From an uncultured Gemmatimonadaceae bacterium (lineage in GTDB: Bacteria > Gemmatimonadota > Gemmatimonadetes > Gemmatimonadales > Gemmatimonadaceae), in contig CAWAGQ010000004.1 in assembly GCA_963781585.1 (NCBI GenBank), positions 736,001 to 800,000 on the forward strand: 64,000 bases of DNA. Direction: 5' to 3'. Positions within the stretch are counted from its first letter, which is position 1; each line of letters begins with the position of its first letter. Shown in pieces: positions 1 to 9,152 of the stretch. Below the pieces are notes generated by a model. The model searched no databases. It was not told where the DNA came from and saw nothing but the letters and a program-made list of their open reading frames with translations. The position numbers and the translations under genes are program-made.

Positions 1-3000
1 CACCGCTTCACGACGTTTGGGTCAGCCGCAGTAGTCGCTCTCGGTCTGGGCTGGAGTTCCGCGACCGCCCAGTCGGGCCCGTCCTCGGGACCGGTGGCGC
101 CGGAGTTCGAGCACCTGCACTTCCGGTCCATCGGTCCGGCGACCATGTCGGGCCGGATAGCGGATCTGGCGGTGTTCGAGGCCAATCCCGCGATCTTCTA
201 CGTCGGCAGCGCACACGGCGGGGTCTGGAAGACGACAAGCAAGGGTGCCCTGTTCACGCCGCTGATGCAGGATCAGGGACTCCTCTCGATCGGTGACGTC
301 ACCGTCTCGCAGCAGGATCCCGATCTGGTGTGGGTTGGTACCGGCGAATCGAACAATCGCCAGAGTACCTCCTGGGGCGACGGCGTCTTCAAGTCGACCG
401 ATGGCGGGAAATCGTTCCAGTTCATGGGACTGGGCAACTCCAAGCACGTGGGCCGCATCGTTATCGACCCCGGCAACAACGACGTCGTGCTGGTGGCCGC
501 CACCGGACCGCTGTTTGGTCCTGGCGGCGATCGCGGCGTCTACAAGACCGTGGATGGCGGCAAGACCTGGAAACAGGTACTCAAGGTCGACGACGAGACC
601 GGGGCGAACGATCTGGTGATGGCCACGACCGATCCCCGGATCCTCTTTGCCTCGACATACCAGCGACGCCGGACCGCGTGCTGCATGAACGGCGGCGGAC
701 CCGGGAGCGGCATCTGGAAGTCCACGGACGGCGGCGACACGTGGCGCCGGGTGAGCGGTGGCGGACTTCCCGGTGAGTCGCTGGGGCGCATCGCGGTCGA
801 TGTGTATCGGAAGAACGCGAACATCGTGTACGCGTCGATCGAGGGACCCGGGACAGGGGGACGCGGCTTCGGCGGCGGCGGGGCCGCGCCGGAACCCGAC
901 ACGGCGGCGGGGCGCGGCGGTCAGGCTGGTGGTCGAGGGGGGCGCGGTGGCGGCGGCGGAGCCGATCAGGGCGTCACGGGGCTCTATCGCTCCGACGACG
1001 GCGGACAGAACTGGCACAAGGTGAGCAGCAACAATCCGCGGCCGATGTATTTCAGCCAGGTTCGCATCGATCCGAACAATCCGGACCGCGTCTACATGGG
1101 CGGCGTCGGCCTGCAGATGACCATCGACGGCGGGCAGACCTTTGCAACCGACGCGGCGCTGGTCGCCCACGATGACATCCACGCGATCTGGATCGATCCG
1201 GGTAACTCGAATCACCTCCTGATCGGCAATGACGGCGGCGTGTACGAATCCTTCGACATGAGCAAGACGTGGACGTTCATGCCGAACCTGCCGGTAGGGC
1301 TCTTCTACCACGTCAGCTACGATATGGAGATGCCCTACAACGTCTGCGGCGGCATGCAGGACAACTACGACTGGTGCGGACCGAGCGCGTCGCGGCACGG
1401 CAACGGCATCATGAACTACGACTGGTTCCAGGTGCAGGGTGGTGACGGTTTCGTGGCACTGCCCGACCAGCGCGACTCGCGGTTCGTCTACACCGAGTCG
1501 CAGGATGGGAACATGATTCGTCGCAACAAGATCACCGGCGAATCGAAGAGCATCCGGCCGAACGCGAACAACGTCACGCCGCCTCCGGCCGAGGGCGAGA
1601 CGTTCCGGTTCCATTGGGACACGCCGATGATCCTCTCGCCGAACGATCCCGGCATTCTGCTGGTCGCGGCCAATCGCGTCTTCCGATCGACCGACCACGG
1701 CGACTCGTGGACGGTCATCAGTCCCGACCTCACGACCAACGCCGACCGCGACACGATCGTGACCATGGGGCTCAAAGGGAGCGACATCAGGATTTCGCGC
1801 GACGACGGCATCTCGCAATGGCCGACGATCGTCGCACTGGCGGAGTCGCCGCGGCAGCCGGGCGTTTACTACACCGGCACGGACGACGGCGTGGTGAGTA
1901 TTTCGCGCGACGGAGGAAAGAGCTGGCAGAACATCACCACGCGGCTTTCCGGATTCCCGGCCGGCGCATTTGTCTCCGAGGTGGTTCCGTCGCGTTTCGA
2001 CGCCGGCACGGTGTACATCACCGTCGACAACCACCGGCTGAATGACTTCGAAACCCATATGTGGGTGAGCAACGACTTCGGTGCAACGTTCCGCTCGCTC
2101 AACGGCGACCTCCGCGGTCAGGTGGTCAAGACGCTGACGGAAGACCAGCGCAATCCGGACGTGCTCTACATTGGTACCGAGACGGGAATCTTCCTGTCGC
2201 TCGATCGCGGAAAGACGTGGCGCCGGCTAAAGGCCAACCTGCCCACTGTGCGGGTCGACGAGATCACCCTGCATCCGCGCGACAACGCGATGATCGTCGC
2301 GACCCATGGTCGGGCCCTCTGGATCCTCGATCATCTCGAGCCGATTCAGGAGTACACCGCGGTCGCCTCGGCGGGCGGAGACGCCAGACTGTTCTCGGTG
2401 CCGAACGCCCTCGAGTGGAAGGCGAAGGACGATCGCAACGACGAATTCTGGGGCCACAACTACTTCATCGGCGAGAATCCGCCCACCGACGCCGTCATCG
2501 AGTTCGATCTCAAGCGTCCCGTCAACAACCTTTCGGTCAGGGTGACGGACGGGTCGGGGCGCACGGTCCGCGACATCACGGCGCCGGCGAATCGGCGGCA
2601 GGCCGGCATTCAGGCCGTCTGCTGGGATCTGCGCGTGGAGCCGATCGAGACGCCTAACGCTGGAGGGGGCGGTGGGCGGGGCGGTGCCGGACGTGGTGGG
2701 GGTGGAGGCGGCGGTGGCGGGCGCGGTGGCGCTCAGGCCGACATCCCGGGCGTACCAACGCCTCTTCCGACTCCCGGGTATCTGCCGTCCGATCCCTGCG
2801 CCCCCGAAGGCGGTGCGGGCGGTCGTGGTGGCGGTTTCGGTGGCTTCGGTGGGGGAGGCGGCGCGGGTCCGCACGTGCTGCCAGGAACGTACACGGTCGC
2901 GCTCATGGTCGACGGGAAACAGGTCGACAGCAAGTCCATGAAGGTGGTGATGGACCCGGCCGTACAACTCTCCGACGCGCAGCGTCGGCGCTACAACGAG

Positions 3001-3471
3001 ATCGTGAGCGATCTGCACGAGATGCAGCGGCGCGCGACCGAGGCGGCCACGGCGCTGAACACGATGTACCCGCAGATGACTGCCATCGCCACGAAGATCA
3101 AGGACATGAACGACGTTTCCGCCGGAGACAAGGAGCAGTTCGCGGCCTTCAACAAGGACTTCGACGGGATCCGCGACAAGTTTGGCGTACCCATGGGTGG
3201 AGCGGGCGGGCGTGGTGGCGGTCGCGGCGGTGGACGCGGAGCGCCGATCGATCCGCAGAACGTTCTGGCGCGGGTCGCGGCGCTGAAGGGTCAGATGCTG
3301 GGCATGTGGGAAATGCCGAGCGAGGCCCTGGTACGGCAGTACTCCGAGCTGAAGGGAGCGCTACCGAAGTCTGTGGCAGACGCCAACGCGTTTCTCGCCC
3401 GCGCCCTGAACATGAGTGCGATGCTCAAGCGGTATTCGCTGACGCTCACCGTTCCGGCCAGCCCAAAGTGA
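1..3471 (+). CDS. Secreted VPS10/sortilin-like (BNR/Asp-box repeat) glycosyl hydrolase-like beta-propeller protein, 5'-truncated by the window edge
   Basis: Frame 1 is open from base 1 (HRFTTFGSAAVVALGLGWSSATAQ, signal-peptide-like), so the start lies upstream. Many Asp-box motifs (KSTDGGKSF, KTVDGGKTW, RSDDGGQNW, SRDGGKSW, SLDRGKTW) and the FRSIGPATMSGRIAD N-terminus. Stop TGA at 3469-3471. Confidence 0.85.
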   Translation, partial: HRFTTFGSAAVVALGLGWSSATAQSGPSSGPVAPEFEHLHFRSIGPATMSGRIADLAVFEANPAIFYVGSAHGGVWKTTSKGALFTPLMQDQGLLSIGDVTVSQQDPDLVWVGTGESNNRQSTSWGDGVFKSTDGGKSFQFMGLGNSKHVGRIVIDPGNNDVVLVAATGPLFGPGGDRGVYKTVDGGKTWKQVLKVDDETGANDLVMATTDPRILFASTYQRRRTACCMNGGGPGSGIWKSTDGGDTWRRVSGGGLPGESLGRIAVDVYRKNANIVYASIEGPGTGGRGFGGGGAAPEPDTAAGRGGQAGGRGGRGGGGGADQGVTGLYRSDDGGQNWHKVSSNNPRPMYFSQVRIDPNNPDRVYMGGVGLQMTIDGGQTFATDAALVAHDDIHAIWIDPGNSNHLLIGNDGGVYESFDMSKTWTFMPNLPVGLFYHVSYDMEMPYNVCGGMQDNYDWCGPSASRHGNGIMNYDWFQVQGGDGFVALPDQRDSRFVYTESQDGNMIRRNKITGESKSIRPNANNVTPPPAEGETFRFHWDTPMILSPNDPGILLVAANRVFRSTDHGDSWTVISPDLTTNADRDTIVTMGLKGSDIRISRDDGISQWPTIVALAESPRQPGVYYTGTDDGVVSISRDGGKSWQNITTRLSGFPAGAFVSEVVPSRFDAGTVYITVDNHRLNDFETHMWVSNDFGATFRSLNGDLRGQVVKTLTEDQRNPDVLYIGTETGIFLSLDRGKTWRRLKANLPTVRVDEITLHPRDNAMIVATHGRALWILDHLEPIQEYTAVASAGGDARLFSVPNALEWKAKDDRNDEFWGHNYFIGENPPTDAVIEFDLKRPVNNLSVRVTDGSGRTVRDITAPANRRQAGIQAVCWDLRVEPIETPNAGGGGGRGGAGRGGGGGGGGGRGGAQADIPGVPTPLPTPGYLPSDPCAPEGGAGGRGGGFGGFGGGGGAGPHVLPGTYTVALMVDGKQVDSKSMKVVMDPAVQLSDAQRRRYNEIVSDLHEMQRRATEAATALNTMYPQMTAIATKIKDMNDVSAGDKEQFAAFNKDFDGIRDKFGVPMGGAGGRGGGRGGGRGAPIDPQNVLARVAALKGQMLGMWEMPSEALVRQYSELKGALPKSVADANAFLARALNMSAMLKRYSLTLTVPASPK

Positions 3472-3744
3472 GCCCGTGCGCGAACGAACGCCGCCGCGCC
3501 GCGGACGAGCCGCGGCGCCCTGGGTCGCGGACCGATGAGTAGCGGGCTCGGTCCCTAGCACGTCCGCCGAAAACCGGCAGGTAGAGGGGAGACCGATATT
3601 GAGATCGCGTCTCCCCTCTGCCGTTGTCCGTCCCTATTCTCCAGCGGACCGGGCACGCACACCCCTGGCTCGCCCCCCACGCCGCGGCCCCATCCCACAC
3701 CTCGAGGTCACTCGTGCACTTCCCTGCCCCCACGGAGCGCCGTC

Positions 3745-4500
3745 GTGGCTGACCGCGACCCCGTTATCGACGTTGCCGGTCTCACGAAGACCTACGGTGA
3801 CATCACGGCGGTCCAGTCGCTTTCCTTCAGCGTGGCGGCGGGTGAGGTCCTTGGCCTCGTGGGACCCAACGGGGCCGGAAAGACCACCACACTCCGGTCG
3901 CTGTGCGGCATCGTCAATCCCACGCAGGGGACGATCCGGATCGCGGGCCACGATCTGCGCACTGACGCGCCCAGGGCGAAGGGTCAGCTGGCCTTCATTC
4001 CGGACGAGCCGCAGCTCTTCGACTACCTCACCGTTGAGGAACACCTGCGCTTCATCGGCCGGTTGTATGGCGTTGCCGAGACGCCCAGCCGCGCGCCGAT
4101 TCTGCTCGAGGAGCTGGAGCTGGTGGACAAGCGAAAGTCGTTTCCATCAGAACTTTCGCGCGGCATGCGCCAGAAGCTCGCGATCGCCTGCGGTCTGCTG
4201 CACGCGCCCGCGGCGCTGATCTTCGACGAGCCGCTTACCGGCCTGGACCCTGCCGGAATGAAGCGAATGCGTGCCACCATCGCGATGCGCGCGCGCGAGG
4301 GGGCGGCCGTGATTCTGAGTTCGCATCTGCTCCAGCTGGTGCAGGAGCTCTGCACCACGCTGCTCATTCTGCGGCGAGGCAAGTGCGTTGCGTACGGCCC
4401 CCTCGAGAGCATTGTTGCGGAGCAGCCGGATCTCGCGGGACGGAGCCTGGAGGACATCTTCCTGACGCTCACGGGCGACGCCACCGGCACGACGCGATGA
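3745..4500 (+). CDS. ABC transporter ATP-binding protein (ABC-2/exporter type)
   Basis: Walker A GPNGAGKTT, signature variant LSRGMRQK, Walker B LIFDEP, H-loop SSH. Confidence 0.95.
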   Translation: MADRDPVIDVAGLTKTYGDITAVQSLSFSVAAGEVLGLVGPNGAGKTTTLRSLCGIVNPTQGTIRIAGHDLRTDAPRAKGQLAFIPDEPQLFDYLTVEEHLRFIGRLYGVAETPSRAPILLEELELVDKRKSFPSELSRGMRQKLAIACGLLHAPAALIFDEPLTGLDPAGMKRMRATIAMRAREGAAVILSSHLLQLVQELCTTLLILRRGKCVAYGPLESIVAEQPDLAGRSLEDIFLTLTGDATGTTR

Positions 4501-6233
4501 GAGACGCCCTCGCCTACCTGATTGGACAATCCCTGCGGAACCGGCTCGCGCGCCAGCTGAGCCGCGTGCGCAGCCCGCGATACGCCATCGCCATGCTGGT
4601 CGGGGTGGCGTACTTCTGGTTCGCCTTTGTCCATCCCTATTCCTCGAGCACCACAACCAGCTCTCCCGGCGCGCCGGTGACCGGCGGGGTCAGCACCGCG
4701 CTCACGAGCTTTCTCGGCGTGTCCCTCGCAATCACCATGATCGTGTGGTGGCTGCGCGGGGGAGTGTCGGGCGCGCTGGCCTTTCAACCGGCGGAAGTGC
4801 AGATGCTCTTTCCGGCGCCGCTCTCCAGGCGCGAGCTGATCGGCTATCGGGTGGTGCGTTCGCAGGTGCTCATTCTCTTCAATGCGCTGATCTGGACGGT
4901 CCTCATGAGGCGGTGGGGGCTGCACCTGGCCGCTCCTCTGCGCTATGCCACTGCGTGGGCGTTCTTCTCCGTGCTCAGTCTGCACCGCCTGGGCGCGGCG
5001 CTGGTGCAGACGCCGCCCGTACGCGGGGGACGCAGAATCGCACTGACCGTGGCGAAAGGCCTCGCGTGGGGCGCCGCACTGGCGCTCGTCGCGGGCGTGG
5101 TGCCAGTCGTGCGAAGGATTGGAGAACTCGGTATGGCGGAGAGCGTGCGAGCTCTCGGGCAGGCGTTGACCGCCGGTCCGGCGGGAGCGGCGCTCTGGCC
5201 CTTCCGGCTCGTTCTCGCCCCGCTAACAGCCACCAGCATGTCGGCGTGGGTAACGTCGTTCGCTGTCGTGGGCCTGATCATTCTGCTGCACGTCGCGTGG
5301 GTGCTGGGCCTGAGGGTGGAGTTCGAGGAGGCGGCCGCGGTCGCGTCAGAGGAACTCGCCAAGCGTCTGGCGGCGTTCCGGGAACGGCGAGCCGGTGGCT
5401 CGGCGATGAGCCGACCGCGAAAGGTGAAGCGGGACTGGCTTCCGCTCGCGCCGATCGGACCTGCCCCGGTGGCGATTGCCTGGAAGAACACCCTGGCGCT
5501 GGTGCGCACGGGGGGTATCCGATCGGTGATCATGATCGGCGCCCTGGCGGTGCTCGGGACGGTCGTGTCGTCCGGACTGTCCCACGAGAATCCGGAGAGT
5601 CGGATTCTCGCGGCTGGACAGCTTCCTCTGGCGGTGGTGCTCGCGATTTCGATCTTCATGGGCCCCCGCATGCTGCGCAACGATCTCCGTCAGGACCTGC
5701 CGAGTCTCTCGCTCCTGAAGACGTATCCGCTCGGGGGCATGCAGATGGTCCTGGCCGAGATGGTGTCGCCGACGTTCGTGCTCACCCTGTTCCAGGTGGT
5801 GCTGATCGTGGCCGGTGGCTTGACGCTTCCCAGTGAGATGCGGGCGGTGGTCGGCAACACGCGACTGGTGGTCGGGATCGTGACGATTCCGCTGCTCCTG
5901 GCGACACTCAACGCGATGAACATCACGATCCAGAACGGCGGCGCCGTGCTGTTCCCGGGGTGGACGCGGCTTGGCCCCGATTCCGGCGGTGTCGAAGCGA
6001 TCGGCCAGAATCTCCTCTTTACCGTCGGATCGGTGCTGGTCCTCGTGCTGTCCCTGATTCTGCCCGCGATCTGGGGCGGGCTGGCGTTTCTGGTCACCCG
6101 GCCGTTCTTCGGCACCTTCGCGTTGGCGGTGGGGGCGGTAGCCTTTGCAGCCGCCATGATCGCCGAAGTGGGGTTCATGGTGGTGAGGCTCGGCCGCACG
6201 TTCGAGAAGATGGAGCTGAGCGCGCTGGTTTAG
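4497..6233 (+). CDS. Putative ABC exporter permease (multi-pass membrane protein)
   Basis: ATG at 4497 overlaps the ATPase stop (ATGA). More than 10 hydrophobic segments. LAFQPAEVQMLFPAPLSRRELIGY motif resembles putative ABC exporter membrane domains. Confidence 0.8.
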   Translation: MRDALAYLIGQSLRNRLARQLSRVRSPRYAIAMLVGVAYFWFAFVHPYSSSTTTSSPGAPVTGGVSTALTSFLGVSLAITMIVWWLRGGVSGALAFQPAEVQMLFPAPLSRRELIGYRVVRSQVLILFNALIWTVLMRRWGLHLAAPLRYATAWAFFSVLSLHRLGAALVQTPPVRGGRRIALTVAKGLAWGAALALVAGVVPVVRRIGELGMAESVRALGQALTAGPAGAALWPFRLVLAPLTATSMSAWVTSFAVVGLIILLHVAWVLGLRVEFEEAAAVASEELAKRLAAFRERRAGGSAMSRPRKVKRDWLPLAPIGPAPVAIAWKNTLALVRTGGIRSVIMIGALAVLGTVVSSGLSHENPESRILAAGQLPLAVVLAISIFMGPRMLRNDLRQDLPSLSLLKTYPLGGMQMVLAEMVSPTFVLTLFQVVLIVAGGLTLPSEMRAVVGNTRLVVGIVTIPLLLATLNAMNITIQNGGAVLFPGWTRLGPDSGGVEAIGQNLLFTVGSVLVLVLSLILPAIWGGLAFLVTRPFFGTFALAVGAVAFAAAMIAEVGFMVVRLGRTFEKMELSALV

Positions 6234-6310
6234 GTGTCCCGGAGATCCGAAGGAGTTGTGGGCGGCCTCTGGGTTCAAGCTTTGCGGCGGCCATTTCCGC
6301 CCCATACTCG

Positions 6311-6787
6311 TTAGGTGCCGGATGTGCGGGGGGCGGGCAGCGGGTCGGCGGCGTCGAGCGTGGCCCGAACGGAGGCTGCCCATCGGCGCACCCGGTCGAT
6401 GTGGCCCTGCGCGCCCGCGGACTCGCTCGCCGGTGGCAGCGCGTCCGCCGCGGTCAGCGGCCATGTCGTCGGCCACCACGCCGGCGGAACGGCGTTCTTC
6501 TCGCGCACGCGTGCCGGCCCCTCGAACCGGCGGCGCGCCTCCCGCAACAGCTCCTTCGGCGTGGCGACGCCGTCCATGGATTGGGCGAGCATCTGGCGCC
6601 ACATGGCAAGCGCGGCGCCCACGTAGCCCTCCGGATGCTGCAGCGAATAGCACGCCACCGTGAGATGATGCACCGCGCCAAAGGCCGGCGGAAACGCCAG
6701 CTCGATGGCCAGGAGTGCATCGAAACGTGTCCGGCACGTGTCGCCGTCGGAGATGCCGGCACCGCACTGCGCACATGCGTCAGTCAT
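6311..6787 (-). CDS. DUF5946-like hypothetical protein with N-terminal CxxC
   Basis: CAQCGA start, C...FDALLA.E, HHLTVACYSLQHP motif; co-oriented and 1 nt from the upstream gene. Confidence 0.65.
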   Translation of the reverse strand: MTDACAQCGAGISDGDTCRTRFDALLAIELAFPPAFGAVHHLTVACYSLQHPEGYVGAALAMWRQMLAQSMDGVATPKELLREARRRFEGPARVREKNAVPPAWWPTTWPLTAADALPPASESAGAQGHIDRVRRWAASVRATLDAADPLPAPRTSGT

Positions 6788-6788
6788 G

Positions 6789-8009
6789 TCAACCGAGCAG
6801 CGCCCGCGTCAGGTATGCGATCGCGATCCCGGCGTAATTGCCGAACGCATTCCCCAGCATCCCGACCGCGACACCGGGAAGGATCAGATCCGGCCGCTTG
6901 CGCGCTCCCGAGAGCGCCATTGCAGTGGCGGCTCCGCCGACGTTCGCCTGGGACGCCACCGCCAGAAGGTCGCCGTTCATCCTGAGTGCGAAGCCGATGC
7001 CGAAGATGATGACGCCGTGAATGGCGACCGTTCCAGCAGCGAAGTAGAAGATCGCGGGGCCGACATCGACGATGTGCGAGATCACCGACTTGGCGCCGTT
7101 GCTCGCGAGGAACAACAGGAGCAGGAAGTTTCCCATCACGACGCTGCCCGAGAGTTTCCGGATGACCGGCAGCTGGGCGACCACCAGCACCAGCGTGGTC
7201 AGCCAGATGATCTTCGGCACGCCCGGCAGGAGCGACGCCAGCATGTCGGAGAGCCACATGATGCCCAGCGTCAGGCTCGACAATCCGGCGAAGTCTCTGA
7301 GCGTCAGTGGAACGCCGCTGCTCTGGAGTTGCGCATCCAGACCGATGGCAGCGACTCCGACCTCTCCGGTGGCGACCAACGGCGGCGTAGCTGGCTGCGC
7401 GCCATCCGGTGCGCCGGGCGCCCGGGCTGCGGGCCCGGGGGTCGCAGTTTGCGGTATCGGGGTGTTTGGTTGGCGGCCGCGCGCGACGAGTTCGGGAATC
7501 ACCAGGCAGGCAACCAGCCAGATGGCGGTGACGATCACGTCGGCTGCAATGCCGGCGGTGAAGAGATCGCTCCGCGTCTGCAACTGCTGACCTACCGCCG
7601 CGAAGTTCATTCCGCCGCCGATGTACGTGGCTGCGAACTGGCCCGAGAGCTTCCATGCGTCACTGCCGATGGAGGCGCTGACCACCCGCGCCATGATCAC
7701 GGCGCCGAGACCGGAGCCCACGGCGCCGATCGCGAACGCCGCCAGCATCGGCGCGCCGGCATCGCGGATCGAACCCAGGTTCACGCTGAGGAGAATGAGA
7801 ACGATGCCGGCGATCACCGCCTGCCCCAGCAGGAAGTCGTAGACCGGTGACTCGCCGGGAATCAGACCGAGATTGGAGAGTGTGAGCGCGAGGAGGATGG
7901 CCGTTGCCGCCGCGCCGATCTTCCTGAATGGTCGCAGGTGATCTTCCAGCCAGAGTGCCGCGAGGACCACCGCGGCGAGCACGAACAGGATCAGAACCGG
8001 GTTCGTCAC
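6789..8009 (-). CDS. DUF819 family membrane protein
   Basis: Multi-pass membrane protein with ATYIGGGMNFAAV and VASQANVGGAATAMALS...GNAFGNYAG motifs. Confidence 0.8.
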   Translation of the reverse strand: MTNPVLILFVLAAVVLAALWLEDHLRPFRKIGAAATAILLALTLSNLGLIPGESPVYDFLLGQAVIAGIVLILLSVNLGSIRDAGAPMLAAFAIGAVGSGLGAVIMARVVSASIGSDAWKLSGQFAATYIGGGMNFAAVGQQLQTRSDLFTAGIAADVIVTAIWLVACLVIPELVARGRQPNTPIPQTATPGPAARAPGAPDGAQPATPPLVATGEVGVAAIGLDAQLQSSGVPLTLRDFAGLSSLTLGIMWLSDMLASLLPGVPKIIWLTTLVLVVAQLPVIRKLSGSVVMGNFLLLLFLASNGAKSVISHIVDVGPAIFYFAAGTVAIHGVIIFGIGFALRMNGDLLAVASQANVGGAATAMALSGARKRPDLILPGVAVGMLGNAFGNYAGIAIAYLTRALLG

Positions 8010-8100
8010 GTGTGTGCGCGCTGCGCGGCGCGGCGATCAGGAGCGAAGCGAGTTCCTGCCTCGCCAGGGCTGGTTTGGGGCAGCACTGGCGTCAGCATGA

Positions 8101-9138
8101 CTAGAACCCGAGGCTCGTGTCGAGCCGGTTCAGGAGGGGCTGTGCGTCGAGGAAGAGGCGCAGATTCCGGCAAAAGAGATCCGTGATGCGGGCGTTCTCC
8201 CGGTCGGAGGTACTGGCCGAGTGCGGACTGACGATGACGTTCTCCATTTGCCAGAGGGGACTCGACGGCGGCAGCGGTTCCTCCTGAAAGACATCCAGTC
8301 CGGCGCCGAGCAGGCGGCCGGAACGAAGGGCTTCGATGAGGGCGTTCTCGTCCACCAGCGCGCCCCGTCCGATGTTGATGAAGACCGCCCCCTCAGGAAG
8401 GAGCGCCAGTTCGGGCGCCCCGATCATGCGCTCCGTCTCCGGAGTGTGCGGCGCAATCAGCACCAGGTTCCGGGCCTCCGCCAGCACGCGATGCAGGTCG
8501 GCGGGGCCAAACAGCCCGTCGAGTTGCAGGTCGGCTGGTGCCATTGTCGATGGCGAGCGCTTCACGCCAAGCACGCGCATGCCGAACGCCTTGCCGATCC
8601 GCGCCACTTCCGATCCGACGTGTCCGACGCCAACGATGACGAGGGTTTGTCCGCGCAGATCCGTGCCCGCGAAGCGCTCCCAATGTCTCCGCCGCTGGTC
8701 GCGCAGGGTCATGAGGAGCTTCTTGTGGAAGGCGCACATCACCATGAAGCAGAACTCGGCAAGCGGCTGCGCGTGCACGCCGCTCGCTGTGGTGAACACC
8801 GTGCGCGGCATGGATGCGGCGTAGCCCATCCGTCGTACGTATTCACCGATGCCGGCGCTGGTGGCCTGGATCCACACCACGTTGGGCGCCAACACGGCGA
8901 GATCGGGGGCGTTGGCGCGATCGAAGTCGAGGAGGATGTCGGCGCGGGCGAGCAGTCGTCGCCATTCGGACTCCTGCTCCGGGGTGCGCACGAACGGTGC
9001 TCCGTGGTGGTCGGCGGGATATCGCGGCGGTGCCAGCAGGTCGGGGACGTACACTACGTCGAGTCGCGCATCGACCCGGCGTATCTGTTCCACCAGGTCG
9101 GGCTCGAAGTAGCTGGCGATGAGGAGGGTCGTGGTCAT
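8101..9138 (-). CDS. D-isomer-specific 2-hydroxyacid dehydrogenase
   Basis: Rossmann GVGHVG, INIGRG, LDVFQEEPLP, SPHSAS catalytic motifs. Confidence 0.92.
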   Translation of the reverse strand: MTTTLLIASYFEPDLVEQIRRVDARLDVVYVPDLLAPPRYPADHHGAPFVRTPEQESEWRRLLARADILLDFDRANAPDLAVLAPNVVWIQATSAGIGEYVRRMGYAASMPRTVFTTASGVHAQPLAEFCFMVMCAFHKKLLMTLRDQRRRHWERFAGTDLRGQTLVIVGVGHVGSEVARIGKAFGMRVLGVKRSPSTMAPADLQLDGLFGPADLHRVLAEARNLVLIAPHTPETERMIGAPELALLPEGAVFINIGRGALVDENALIEALRSGRLLGAGLDVFQEEPLPPSSPLWQMENVIVSPHSASTSDRENARITDLFCRNLRLFLDAQPLLNRLDTSLGF

Positions 9139-9152
9139 CTCGTCGAACGGGC

